Part shown: positions 1 to 9,889 of the stretch, piece after piece | Layout: each line of letters starts with the position of its first letter | How positions within the stretch are numbered: position 1 is the first letter of the stretch | Origin: a virus | Taxonomy: Duplodnaviria; Caudoviricetes | Virus record (IMG/VR): IMGVR_UViG_3300028048_000102 | Coordinates: 1 to 64,000 of that record | Length of the DNA stretch: 64,000 bases | Reading direction: 5' to 3' (one strand) | Translations under genes and position numbers: made by a program | The notes under the pieces: model-generated | What the model saw: only the letters and a program-made list of their open reading frames with translations | Told to the model about the DNA's origin: nothing | Databases searched by the model: none

Positions 1-1090
1 TATTGGTGCAGGTGGAAACAAGGCAACTATTGATTTGGTTCGTCAGGGTGTAGTAAATGCTCAGGATATATTCCTTATTAATAGTACATTAAGAGATATT
101 CCTGAAGAATATCGTCAGATGGCTATTGAACTTGAAGGTTCTAATGGCTGTGCCAAAGAGCGTAAGATTGCAGCAAAAATGGTACAGAATAGTATTGATA
201 ATGGAGAACTTAAAAATCTTGATACTGTACTTAAGAAGGAGAATGCATTTGTTCTGATTGTAACATCCGCTGAGGGTGGTACTGGTTCTGGTGGATCTTC
301 TGCTTTAGCTAGATACATTTCTGAAGAACTTGGTTTAAGAGTACATGTATGTATTCTTTGTGGGTTTGAGGATGATGCTCGTGGTTTAAAGAATACTATT
401 GATCTCTTTAGAGAACTCAATGAAGATAATAAGATTATTATTGATACTATCTCAAATAAGAAGTTCTTAAGAGAATGTAACAATAATAAGCGTAAGGCTG
501 AGAAAGCTGCAAACAATGAGTTTGTAAATCGTGTTCGTATTCTTCTTGGGCAAAAACTTGTTGATTGTGAGGATAACATCGATGATATGGACTTGCTCAA
601 GGTTACGACTACTCCAGGTTATATGGATATTGTTCACGGTGAGTTTGATAAGGTTAAGAATGTAGAAGAATTCAATGCTGAAGTTAAGCGGCTTATTGAT
701 GCTTCTAAATCTTATGAAACAGATCCAAGTTGCATCCGTATTGCAGTAATCATTAATAGAAGCGAAAAGATTGCTGATAATATTGGAGATGCATTTGATA
801 TTATTGGAAATGTATATGGTGAAGCTGTTGAAAAATTCACCCATACACAGAGCATTGATGGTGAACCAAACTATATTGATATTATTATTTCTGGAATGAA
901 GATGCCTCTTGATATCATGACTGAAATCTATGAGGACTTTAAGGAGAGACTTGGTAAGGTAGATAATTCTACTGATAATTTTGTAGATGCTTTGAGTAGT
1001 CTTGATACTTCTCTTGATGCATTTGACATGGAATTTTCCAGAAAGGGAAAATCTAATTTCCAGAATACTAAGAAAATGGATAACTTCTGA
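1..1090 (+). CDS. Tubulin/FtsZ-family GTPase (PhuZ/TubZ-like), 5'-truncated
   Basis: Frame is open from the window edge (IGAGGNKA, tubulin T1 loop). Signature AEGGTGSGG and T7-like NIDDMD are present. Confidence 0.9.
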   Translation, partial: IGAGGNKATIDLVRQGVVNAQDIFLINSTLRDIPEEYRQMAIELEGSNGCAKERKIAAKMVQNSIDNGELKNLDTVLKKENAFVLIVTSAEGGTGSGGSSALARYISEELGLRVHVCILCGFEDDARGLKNTIDLFRELNEDNKIIIDTISNKKFLRECNNNKRKAEKAANNEFVNRVRILLGQKLVDCEDNIDDMDLLKVTTTPGYMDIVHGEFDKVKNVEEFNAEVKRLIDASKSYETDPSCIRIAVIINRSEKIADNIGDAFDIIGNVYGEAVEKFTHTQSIDGEPNYIDIIISGMKMPLDIMTEIYEDFKERLGKVDNSTDNFVDALSSLDTSLDAFDMEFSRKGKSNFQNTKKMDNF

Positions 1091-1103
1091 TAATCATGGT
1101 AAC

Positions 1104-1146
1104 AAATATAGAAGAGCTGGTTCTAGCTCTTCTATATTTTTTTTTA
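1104..1146 (+). terminator. Intrinsic terminator
   Basis: AAATATAGAAGAGCT..AGCTCTTCTATATTT hairpin followed by a T-run. Confidence 0.75.
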
Positions 1147-1161
1147 TAAGGAGAAAATACT

Positions 1162-2082
1162 ATGAATAATGAAATAAATGAATACTTAGATGCAGTCAAA
1201 GAAGGCATTAATAGTGAGGAAGATAACAGAGTACCCGTTCATTTAGAAAGGGGGAAATTAATTATGTACTCATCTGAAGAACTTTTAGAATTGCTTCATA
1301 ATATTGATTCTATGACTGAAGAGAATGCATATACTTTATTATCTAAAGAGTATCCTATTATCTTTGAACAAATCTTCCGTGTTAAAGATAGAAGCTTTAA
1401 TTTTCTTTTAGAATCTCAAAAGTTTCTTACTATCATGACACAGGTAGTTATCATGCATCCTGTTAAGTATGATGATTTAATTCATCTTAATGCATTTATT
1501 TATAATTATCTTGTATATAAAGACGAAACTAAAGAGAATGAATATCTTAGACACCTTTTGTTTATATTTGGAGAAGCATTGAATAAGAGACCTGTAAGAT
1601 ATCTTCTTGGATGTGATTTAGATAATAGATTGGCTATATTCTTAGCCATTTCTCTACGTTCCTCATTCAATCAGATGGAGAATATAAGACGATTTAATTT
1701 CTCACTTGCTACTGCAGTTCCACATATAATTACTGTAAAGAAAGCTATGGATATATATGAAGCTATGTTTGATAAGGTAACAGATTTGATTGTTGGAACT
1801 TTATTCGATACATCTATATCCTCAAATTATGATAGTGGATGGGTTACACCTGAAATTAAACAAGCAGATTCAAATATAACTACTGCAATACTTATTATAT
1901 TAGAATCTATGGTTCCATATGAGATTAGTAAAGTATTATATTCTATTGCAAATGAGTTTAAATGGAAGGGTTGTAAACAAGGCTTATGTAAGATTAGCTT
2001 TGATAATCTGAATAGAAATAAATATGTAAAGACTTGTATTTTAATAGACCAGCTTAAAGGAGAAGGAGTTATCTTCCCTTAA
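1162..2082 (+). CDS. Hypothetical protein
   Basis: 306-aa ORF with AAGGAG RBS; no recognisable motif. Confidence 0.7.
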   Translation: MNNEINEYLDAVKEGINSEEDNRVPVHLERGKLIMYSSEELLELLHNIDSMTEENAYTLLSKEYPIIFEQIFRVKDRSFNFLLESQKFLTIMTQVVIMHPVKYDDLIHLNAFIYNYLVYKDETKENEYLRHLLFIFGEALNKRPVRYLLGCDLDNRLAIFLAISLRSSFNQMENIRRFNFSLATAVPHIITVKKAMDIYEAMFDKVTDLIVGTLFDTSISSNYDSGWVTPEIKQADSNITTAILIILESMVPYEISKVLYSIANEFKWKGCKQGLCKISFDNLNRNKYVKTCILIDQLKGEGVIFP

Positions 2083-2143
2083 GATTTTATACTATTAAAG
2101 ACATCTAATTGTATAATAGTATAAATGAGAGAGGAGAAAAACA

Positions 2144-3379
2144 ATGAGTGAAAGTCTATTAATTGATGAGTATAAGGCATTACTAACTAAGAAGGGTGTT
2201 AAGGAAGCTACTGGAGATATTTTATATCCTACTGGCTTCCTTAACTTTGATTTTTTAAATGGCTATATTGCTGATGGTATGATGCCAGATGGAAGGAAAT
2301 ATAAGTATTATAATATTGGAATTAGTGATGGTTCTATTAATATGGTAATTTCTCGTTCTGGTGGTGGTAAGACTACATTATGTGCACAGATGGCTGCAAA
2401 TATTATACGTCCATTTCCACAATCTTTTATTATTGAAGAGAATGTAGAAGCAGGTCTTGATTATACTAGACGTATTGCCTTATCTGGATTCTCTAAAGAA
2501 GAAATTCAAAATAGATATGTAATTCATAATGAAGGTATCTCTATTGAAGTATTCTTCAATAATATAAAGACTCATATTGATGAGAAGGTTAAGAATAAAG
2601 ATAAATGGATATATGATACTGGTCATTTTGATATCTATGGTAATCCAATTTATAAATATATGCCTACAGTTGTAATATTGGATTCTCTTGCAATGATTTC
2701 TAGTACTTCAATATTAGAAGATGATGAAGTTGCTGGTAATATGAGTGGTGGAGCTGAAGCTAAGAAGATTGCACAATCTATTAGAGCTATATTGCCACAT
2801 TGTAAGAAAGCTAATGTAATTATCTTTATGATTAATCATATCAATGCAGATATTCAGATTAATCCATATCAGCAGAAGAAAGCTCAGAATATCTATCTCA
2901 AACCAGGTGAAACTGTTCCTAAGGGAAATATGCCTATGTATGCTTCCACAAATGTAATTCGAATTGATGATAAGAAAATTAAAGAGAATGAAGCATTTGG
3001 ATTTAATGGTACATTAAATTCTCTAACTCTGTTAAAGAGTAGAACTGCACCTCCTAACACAAGTACTTCTCTTGTATTTGATCCTACAGCAGATGGATTT
3101 GATCCTACATTATCTCTTTACATAATGCTTAAAGAAGATGGAATGATTAATGGTGCTGGAGTAGGTTGCTACTTTGGTGATCATAATGATTGTAAGTTCT
3201 CTCAGAAGAATTTTAAAGAGAAATTTGAGCAAAATCCAGAGCTTAGACAATACTTCAAAGAAGCTTGCGAACTGAATTTAACTAGGAAGATAAATCGTGT
3301 AACTAATAAATCTAAAGCTGAAGAAGAAACTATAGGCAGCCTTATGAATAATCTACTTGAAGCACGAATCACAGAATAA
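2144..3379 (+). CDS. uvsX: RecA/UvsX-like recombinase
   Basis: Walker A SRSGGGKTT, Walker B VVILDS, IFMINHI strand; size typical of jumbo-phage RecA. Confidence 0.85.
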   Translation: MSESLLIDEYKALLTKKGVKEATGDILYPTGFLNFDFLNGYIADGMMPDGRKYKYYNIGISDGSINMVISRSGGGKTTLCAQMAANIIRPFPQSFIIEENVEAGLDYTRRIALSGFSKEEIQNRYVIHNEGISIEVFFNNIKTHIDEKVKNKDKWIYDTGHFDIYGNPIYKYMPTVVILDSLAMISSTSILEDDEVAGNMSGGAEAKKIAQSIRAILPHCKKANVIIFMINHINADIQINPYQQKKAQNIYLKPGETVPKGNMPMYASTNVIRIDDKKIKENEAFGFNGTLNSLTLLKSRTAPPNTSTSLVFDPTADGFDPTLSLYIMLKEDGMINGAGVGCYFGDHNDCKFSQKNFKEKFEQNPELRQYFKEACELNLTRKINRVTNKSKAEEETIGSLMNNLLEARITE

Positions 3380-3430
3380 AATACTTTGAGGAAGGGCCCA
3401 GTCCCTTCCTCTTAATATTTTTTCTAAATA

Positions 3431-3446
3431 TATACTATATATATGA
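3431..3446 (+). promoter_or_regulatory. Putative phage early promoter TATACTATATATATGA (copy 1 of 8)
   Basis: Exact 16-mer repeated in 8 intergenic positions. Confidence 0.7.
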
Positions 3447-3488
3447 GTAGTGTAAAAGCTATATAAAAAATGAAGGGGTGTAGGAAAT

Positions 3489-5927
3489 TTGAACAGTTAC
3501 AATCTTGAGAAAGATATACAAGAAGTACAACAAACATTAGAGTCTCAGGATGTTACATTAGGAAAAGGCTTAACACAACCATTCAGAGCAACAAACTCTG
3601 GTTCAAGAGCAGTCATGCAGGCTACTCAGTCAGAGCAGGTGTTGTCTTTGATTAATATGGAAGCCCCTATTGTATCTACTGGGTTTGAAAATCGTTATAT
3701 GCAAAATAGTTCTAACTACATAGTTGCTGATTCTAATTATGTAGTTATAGATAAGATCTATAAATATCCATTTGATAAAAATAGTATGCATAAATATCTC
3801 GTTATACTATTAGATACAGAAAGAAACTATCTTACTTGTATTGAACGAGTAGGGTTTGAGTATATTACTGAATCATATGGATATAAAATTGGAACATCTT
3901 ATTTAGATGAACCAATCATTGGGGATATTATTCCTGCTGGAAGTATTCTTAAATCAGGTGCTTCCACAAATAAATATGGAAACTGGCAAGGTGGAGTAAA
4001 CCTTAAGACAATGTATTGTGCTTATGGTCCTACTACTGAAGATCCAGTGGTTATATCTGAAAGTGTTGCAAAGAATAAGTTAGCATCTCCATTGTTCGAT
4101 GAAGTTACTATCATGATTAATGATAATGATATTTTGCTAAATCTGTATGGGTCTTTAGAAAATATCAATGATTATAAGACTTTCCCAGATATTGGAGAAG
4201 AAGTACAGAATGGTATTCTTTGTGCTCTTAGAAGAGAAAAGAAAACAGAAGAAGCTTTGTTTACTCAAAGATGGGATATGTTGAAAGAAATTATGATCTC
4301 TGATGAGAAGTATCCTATCAATAGTGGAACTGTTATAGATATATCTGTATATTGTAATAATCCAGAAGCATTGAGAGCATCTATTTATAATCAGCAGATT
4401 CTTAAGTATTATAATGCTCAGAAAGAATATGCTAGAAAAGTAGTAGATAGTGTATCTGTATTATCTTCTAAAGGAATTACAATGTCTAATGAACTTAAGA
4501 AAGTTTTGATGGAATGTGAAAAGATCTGTAATGACGCACAATACATCAATGATAATAAGATATATAATGGTATCATTATGAAGATTAATCTTATGCGAGT
4601 TTCTGAGATGCAGGAAGGAGATAAGATTACTGATAGATATGGTGGTAAAGGTGTAGTATCTAAGATATTACCAGATGAACTTATGCCACATGTACAGAAT
4701 TCTCAGGGTGTATGGGAACCTGTAGATATTATATATAATAAGTGTACTTGTGTAAATAGATTGAATCCAGGACAGTTGTTTGAGTGTTCTATAACAGCAT
4801 ATGGTGAAGGTTTGATAGAATATATCTATAAGCATTTGCCATTGGATAATATGGAGAATATCAATAAAGCATGTGGATTAATCTATAAGTATATTAATAT
4901 AATCTCACCTGTAGAGGCTGAGCATTTTATTAATAACTATAATAGTATGCTTGACGAAGATAAAGGTATATTCATTAGATCTTATATAGATGATGGATGT
5001 ATCTATATTGTAACTAAACCTATTACTGAAAGTATTGATTTGAGTACTCTTAAGAAATTAAAAGATGAATTTCCATTTATTCAGGTACAGAAACCTGCAT
5101 TGATTCCTATGAAGGATTCAAATGGTAATCTTCGTAGAGTTATTACAAATAATAAACATATTACAATTGGTAAGAAGTTCATCTTTAGATTAAAGCAGAT
5201 AGCTGAAGAGAAGTTCTCTGTAGTATCTCTTGGTGCTACAAACATCAGAGGAGAGAATACTAAGAGTAAAGCAGCTAAACATCATAAGAGCAGATTCTCC
5301 AATACTCAGGTACGATTTGGAGAGATGGAGTTCTCAGATTTGATGCATATGCTTGATGTAATCATGGTAGATTCTCAGTTAATGAGAATATCTTCATCTC
5401 CAATTGGTAGAGCTCAGCATGCAGATTTGCTTAAAGGAAATCCATTTGTGGTTGATATTAAGCTCAATTCTGATGCTAAATCTAGACCAGTTGAGATAGT
5501 AAATGCATATCTAAAGACTATTGGATTGAAACTTATAATAGAAAAGGTTAAGAAGAATAACAATATATTTAAGCATATTGGATATTATAAGTTCCAGCCA
5601 TTAAGAAATAGAGGATTCTTCAAGTCTGTATTTCCAATTACATTGGAACAGGCTGAAAAGATTGTGGATGCATATCTGAAATATAATGGATTGCCTAGAG
5701 AAGGTATTCGTCATATGGATCCAGAATCTGTAAGAATTAGGAATACTAGATATATAGTAGAAGCTATTAAGATTTCTGAGATTGCTCATGAGAAGTATGG
5801 TATTAATAGTGCTGAAGAGCTTATTGAGAGAATTGAAGAGATTAAGAGACCATTACCTAAAGCATTCCTTAAGGTAGGTATGCAGAAGGTTGGAGGATTT
5901 AAACCACCTGAAGAAGAAAAGAAATAA
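3489..5927 (+). CDS. Multisubunit phage RNA polymerase beta subunit, C-terminal half (probably non-virion RNAP)
   Basis: GDKITDRYGGKGVV, RLNPGQ and RFGEME beta motifs; preceded by the early-type promoter. Confidence 0.9.
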   Translation: MNSYNLEKDIQEVQQTLESQDVTLGKGLTQPFRATNSGSRAVMQATQSEQVLSLINMEAPIVSTGFENRYMQNSSNYIVADSNYVVIDKIYKYPFDKNSMHKYLVILLDTERNYLTCIERVGFEYITESYGYKIGTSYLDEPIIGDIIPAGSILKSGASTNKYGNWQGGVNLKTMYCAYGPTTEDPVVISESVAKNKLASPLFDEVTIMINDNDILLNLYGSLENINDYKTFPDIGEEVQNGILCALRREKKTEEALFTQRWDMLKEIMISDEKYPINSGTVIDISVYCNNPEALRASIYNQQILKYYNAQKEYARKVVDSVSVLSSKGITMSNELKKVLMECEKICNDAQYINDNKIYNGIIMKINLMRVSEMQEGDKITDRYGGKGVVSKILPDELMPHVQNSQGVWEPVDIIYNKCTCVNRLNPGQLFECSITAYGEGLIEYIYKHLPLDNMENINKACGLIYKYINIISPVEAEHFINNYNSMLDEDKGIFIRSYIDDGCIYIVTKPITESIDLSTLKKLKDEFPFIQVQKPALIPMKDSNGNLRRVITNNKHITIGKKFIFRLKQIAEEKFSVVSLGATNIRGENTKSKAAKHHKSRFSNTQVRFGEMEFSDLMHMLDVIMVDSQLMRISSSPIGRAQHADLLKGNPFVVDIKLNSDAKSRPVEIVNAYLKTIGLKLIIEKVKKNNNIFKHIGYYKFQPLRNRGFFKSVFPITLEQAEKIVDAYLKYNGLPREGIRHMDPESVRIRNTRYIVEAIKISEIAHEKYGINSAEELIERIEEIKRPLPKAFLKVGMQKVGGFKPPEEEKK

Positions 5928-5933
5928 AACTAT

Positions 5934-5959
5934 TCCCAGGTACCAAAAGGTACCTGGGA
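5934..5959 (+). terminator. Hairpin terminator
   Basis: TCCCAGGTACC-AAAA-GGTACCTGGGA. Confidence 0.65.
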
Positions 5960-5981
5960 TATCTTTTAAGGAGGAAATAAA

Positions 5982-8312
5982 ATGTATGAATTAGCAAAGA
6001 ATGCTATACATGAAGCAAAGTCTGGTAATCTAAATTGGATTACTCCAGAGTTTACTAAGTGGATGAATGATACAACTCTATCTATATTAGAATCAAATAA
6101 TCCAGATTCTGAGATGATGGAGAATGCTTATGCTATATTACTACTTAGCAATATATTATATAATAATACTACTATGGAAATACTTCCATTAGAAGATAGT
6201 GTATATGATATGTTAGTAGTAAAGTACAATAATCTTACTGATGGTCAGTCTCCAGTAGGAGCTCCACCAGTTATATTTGATGGAGAATCTCCTAAATTTG
6301 TACAAGAAATATCTACAAACAAAGAACTTCCTAAAGTATTTCATCATTATAAAGATAAAGATGAATATGATTTGTTCTATGAAGATATCATGGCTCCAAA
6401 TACTCCTATGCAAGGATGGTTTGGAGGAGATGATGATATTCTTATAGCTAAGAAGAAGCAAGATATTGGTCATAAATATCCAGAGCTTGCAGGCACATTA
6501 GATAAGTGTAAGTATGTATTGAGACATGATGCTCAAGCTAGTGGTATATCTGATGTAAATACAAGCAATGTTCCTGTATTTGAGGATACATTAAACTCTT
6601 GGCAAGGGATTGCTATGGCTAATGGGTTATTACTTAATCAGCTTGTGGCTGAATTAAAGTATGATGGTGTAGCAGTAGATCTGGAAGTAGATGGTGATAC
6701 TGTTATATCTGCATGGAGTAGAGGAGATACTGGTAGAGATAAAGCAGCAGACCTTACTCCAATCTTTGGTGGAATGAAATTCCCAAATGCATATCAAGTT
6801 CCTAAGGGAACAGTATTTGGATTACAGACTGAGTGTATCATTACATTTGAGAATATGATGTTATTGAGTACTCAGTTTGGTAAGACGTATAAGAATGCTA
6901 GAAATGCTATTATTGGATTACTTGGAGCATTAGATGCTAGAAAGTATTTACCATATATGACTCTAGTTCCTATTAGAACATCTGGTTTGAACTTTGTAGA
7001 TAGAGAGATTGAAATAACTTTCTTAAACAAGTTCTATACTATGGGTGTAAATATGAAGTATGCTATATTGGATGGAGATTATCATCAACTCTTATTCCAG
7101 GTACATGCATTTGTAAATATGGCTCAAGAGTTATCTACAAGCATTCCATTCTTATATGATGGTGTAGTAGTATCTGTAACTAATCAGCATCTTAAGAATG
7201 TATTAGGTAGAAAGAATTCAGTGAATAAGTGGTCTACAGCTATTAAGTTTGAGACTTCTAAGAAGAAGACTATATTTACTCATTATACATTCTCTGTAGG
7301 TCAGAATGGTGTGATTACTCCAAAAGCTTGGTTTAAACCAGTAGCTTTTATTGGAACTATTCATAATAACACTACTGCTCATTCTTATCAGAGATTTAAG
7401 CAGTTAGATTTGAAACCAGGAGATATCGTACAGATAGAATATCGTAATGAAGTTATCTGTTATATATCTAAAGATCCTACTGATCCATATAATATGGCAA
7501 ATCCTAATCCACCAGTAGAATTTCCTCAGAATTGTCCATGTTGTGGAACACCATTAGTATTCTCTGAAAAGAGTGCTATGTGCCCTAATCCTCATTGTGA
7601 GGAAAGGAATATTGGTAGAATGACTAACATGCTTAAGAAGTTATCTCTTAAGGGTTTCTCAGATAAGTATGTAGAAGCATTGAAGATTACATCATTTAAA
7701 TCATTCTTAGAATATGATAGAGAAAAGGCTAAGAGTATTCTTGGTGATGTAATGGGTGAGAAGTTCATGCAACTGATTGAAGAATTCAAATCTTCTAATT
7801 ATTTTGATTATATGGTAATTGGAGCTATTGGATTCTCATCTGTAGCACAAAAGAATTGGAAGCTTATACTTAATAAAGTAAGTATGGATGCTATATTGAA
7901 TCTTCCAGATTCAGATTTATTTTATACGCTTCTATGTGTTAAGGGTATTGGAGCAGGTATAGCTAATACGATTATAACTGAAAGAAAAGCTTTAAGAGAA
8001 GATCTGATTACTATATCTAAACTTCCAAATATTCATTTTACATATAATGAAGTAGTACTTGAAACTATACCAGTTAGATTTTCAGGCATTAGAGATACTT
8101 TATTAGAACAGGCTTTTAATTCTCTTGGTATATATGATGCAGATGGTAAGAAAGGTGTAACTAAGAAGACAGGAATACTTATAATACCACATGAAGGATT
8201 CTCATCTAATAAGGTGAAACAAATCGATCCAAATGTATGTATGATTCTAACTCCAGAAGGTGCATGGAGAATGCTGGAAGAACAATATGGAATAGTTCCA
8301 CCAATGATTTAA
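5982..8312 (+). CDS. ligA: NAD-dependent DNA ligase
   Basis: ELKYDG adenylation motif, YDGVVV, AIKF, OB fold, CPCC..CPNPHC zinc finger, HhH VKGIG, BRCT-like end. Confidence 0.93.
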   Translation: MYELAKNAIHEAKSGNLNWITPEFTKWMNDTTLSILESNNPDSEMMENAYAILLLSNILYNNTTMEILPLEDSVYDMLVVKYNNLTDGQSPVGAPPVIFDGESPKFVQEISTNKELPKVFHHYKDKDEYDLFYEDIMAPNTPMQGWFGGDDDILIAKKKQDIGHKYPELAGTLDKCKYVLRHDAQASGISDVNTSNVPVFEDTLNSWQGIAMANGLLLNQLVAELKYDGVAVDLEVDGDTVISAWSRGDTGRDKAADLTPIFGGMKFPNAYQVPKGTVFGLQTECIITFENMMLLSTQFGKTYKNARNAIIGLLGALDARKYLPYMTLVPIRTSGLNFVDREIEITFLNKFYTMGVNMKYAILDGDYHQLLFQVHAFVNMAQELSTSIPFLYDGVVVSVTNQHLKNVLGRKNSVNKWSTAIKFETSKKKTIFTHYTFSVGQNGVITPKAWFKPVAFIGTIHNNTTAHSYQRFKQLDLKPGDIVQIEYRNEVICYISKDPTDPYNMANPNPPVEFPQNCPCCGTPLVFSEKSAMCPNPHCEERNIGRMTNMLKKLSLKGFSDKYVEALKITSFKSFLEYDREKAKSILGDVMGEKFMQLIEEFKSSNYFDYMVIGAIGFSSVAQKNWKLILNKVSMDAILNLPDSDLFYTLLCVKGIGAGIANTIITERKALREDLITISKLPNIHFTYNEVVLETIPVRFSGIRDTLLEQAFNSLGIYDADGKKGVTKKTGILIIPHEGFSSNKVKQIDPNVCMILTPEGAWRMLEEQYGIVPPMI

Positions 8313-8366
8313 TATAGAGAGGGTTATCCCTCTCTTATTTTTTATAAGTAAAATAAAATTCTCTTA

Positions 8367-8382
8367 TATACTATATATATGA
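8367..8382 (+). promoter_or_regulatory. Putative early promoter (copy 2)
   Basis: TATACTATATATATGA. Confidence 0.7.
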
Positions 8383-8532
8383 AGAGAGCAGAAATGCATC
8401 TCTTCATATTATAACCAAGGAAGGTGATTAGTTTATTTTTGTAAAATTTTACACAAAATTCTACATAAGTGTGTAGAACAAATCAATACTATTGTATTGA
8501 GTTAACATTTAAAGTCAAAGGAGAATGTACAA

Positions 8533-9183
8533 ATGAAGAAATTGGCAGAGACTAGTATTTACGCAGAGATGGCAAAGATGATTATGAGCAACAATGGTCA
8601 TGGTGATGAGATGCAGTGGGATATTGCTGATTCCGACGTGGCTATGAAGATCACATTTGAGAGTGTTGCTAAGTATCTGAGCATTGTAAAGGCTAAAGAT
8701 AAGGTAAACGGCATTATTATTCAGGATTATGCTGGTAATTTCCATTTTGGTGCATTTGTTCAGTATGTCCCTGGTACTGAGGATGAGTCCCAGGGTAGTT
8801 ATGCACTTTCCTTCACCTATGATGAGAATGATCTGAAGGAAGCAGGTGCAGTTACTGTAAGTGATACAAATCCATTGTTCCGCAATGCATTTGATGTTAC
8901 TTGCTTCAATAAGTATGGTGTACGTTTCGATGTATCTCATGACAAAGATTTCAGTGGTAATACAATTGATCACGATTATGGTAAACACGCTATGGTTTGT
9001 GCAGTTGATTCGGTTAAGAAATATCTCGAAGTAAACTATATGGTTGAAGATGAGGTTGAACTTACTGGTTACTTTACTGCTCGTGGTGAGAAAGACGGAG
9101 AGAAAGTTTATATTGCAATCACTCCTTCTGCTGAACTTAAGCAGATGGTTAAAGATGATGCGTCTCTTGAAGATGTAGCATAA
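8533..9183 (+). CDS. Hypothetical acidic protein, likely highly expressed
   Basis: 216 aa, AAAGGAG RBS, biased codon usage, own promoter and terminator (9206-9242). Confidence 0.7.
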   Translation: MKKLAETSIYAEMAKMIMSNNGHGDEMQWDIADSDVAMKITFESVAKYLSIVKAKDKVNGIIIQDYAGNFHFGAFVQYVPGTEDESQGSYALSFTYDENDLKEAGAVTVSDTNPLFRNAFDVTCFNKYGVRFDVSHDKDFSGNTIDHDYGKHAMVCAVDSVKKYLEVNYMVEDEVELTGYFTARGEKDGEKVYIAITPSAELKQMVKDDASLEDVA

Positions 9184-9252
9184 ATAGATAGTGTATTAAT
9201 AAAATAAATGCAGTAGGTTCATCCTACTGCATTTTATTTTTGAGGGGATTTT

Positions 9253-9888
9253 ATGGATATAAAGAAAGCTATTGTAGATGGAGTTTCCATGGAAGTGGTT
9301 ACTCAAGAAGAATATACAAGACGTAAAAGTTTTGATGATGCAGAGATTCTTAAGAATACCTGTATTCAGCATAATGATACTTTATTTCCAGTAATGAGTG
9401 TACCAGTTAGAGGACGACTTGCACCTTATGCAGTTAGTCATACTGGATTCACACGTTATTATAATAAGGATAATAATGAAAAGTATAAAGCTAAAGATAA
9501 TGTAATTGACTTTAGCAATATAGAGAGTAATAAGGAACTCATTGAGAAACAGAATGAATTGCGTAATGCAGAGATTACAATTCTTACTGCAGCAAACTCA
9601 GAAACTTATACTCCTGTATATTATGATGAAGATTCTCCAGCATTAACTTTAGTTAAGAAATGTTTGGAGGCAAAGAAAGTTCCTTTAGAGAATTATAAAG
9701 GTCGTTTCGATTCTAATTGTGATTTCAATAATACAATTAGATTAGTTACTTCTGAAAAGAATCATTCAATCTCTATTCAGAAGATTAAAACAATTGGTGA
9801 GAAATTTGATATCAATTTCAAATTAAGTGCTGAAGACCAGCCTAATTCTCCAAATCCAATGGGAACAAGATTTGAAAAGGAGATATAG
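9253..9888 (+). CDS. Hypothetical protein
   Basis: 211-aa ORF with GAGGGG RBS, coupled to the RNAP subunit gene. Confidence 0.7.
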   Translation: MDIKKAIVDGVSMEVVTQEEYTRRKSFDDAEILKNTCIQHNDTLFPVMSVPVRGRLAPYAVSHTGFTRYYNKDNNEKYKAKDNVIDFSNIESNKELIEKQNELRNAEITILTAANSETYTPVYYDEDSPALTLVKKCLEAKKVPLENYKGRFDSNCDFNNTIRLVTSEKNHSISIQKIKTIGEKFDINFKLSAEDQPNSPNPMGTRFEKEI

Positions 9889-9889
9889 T

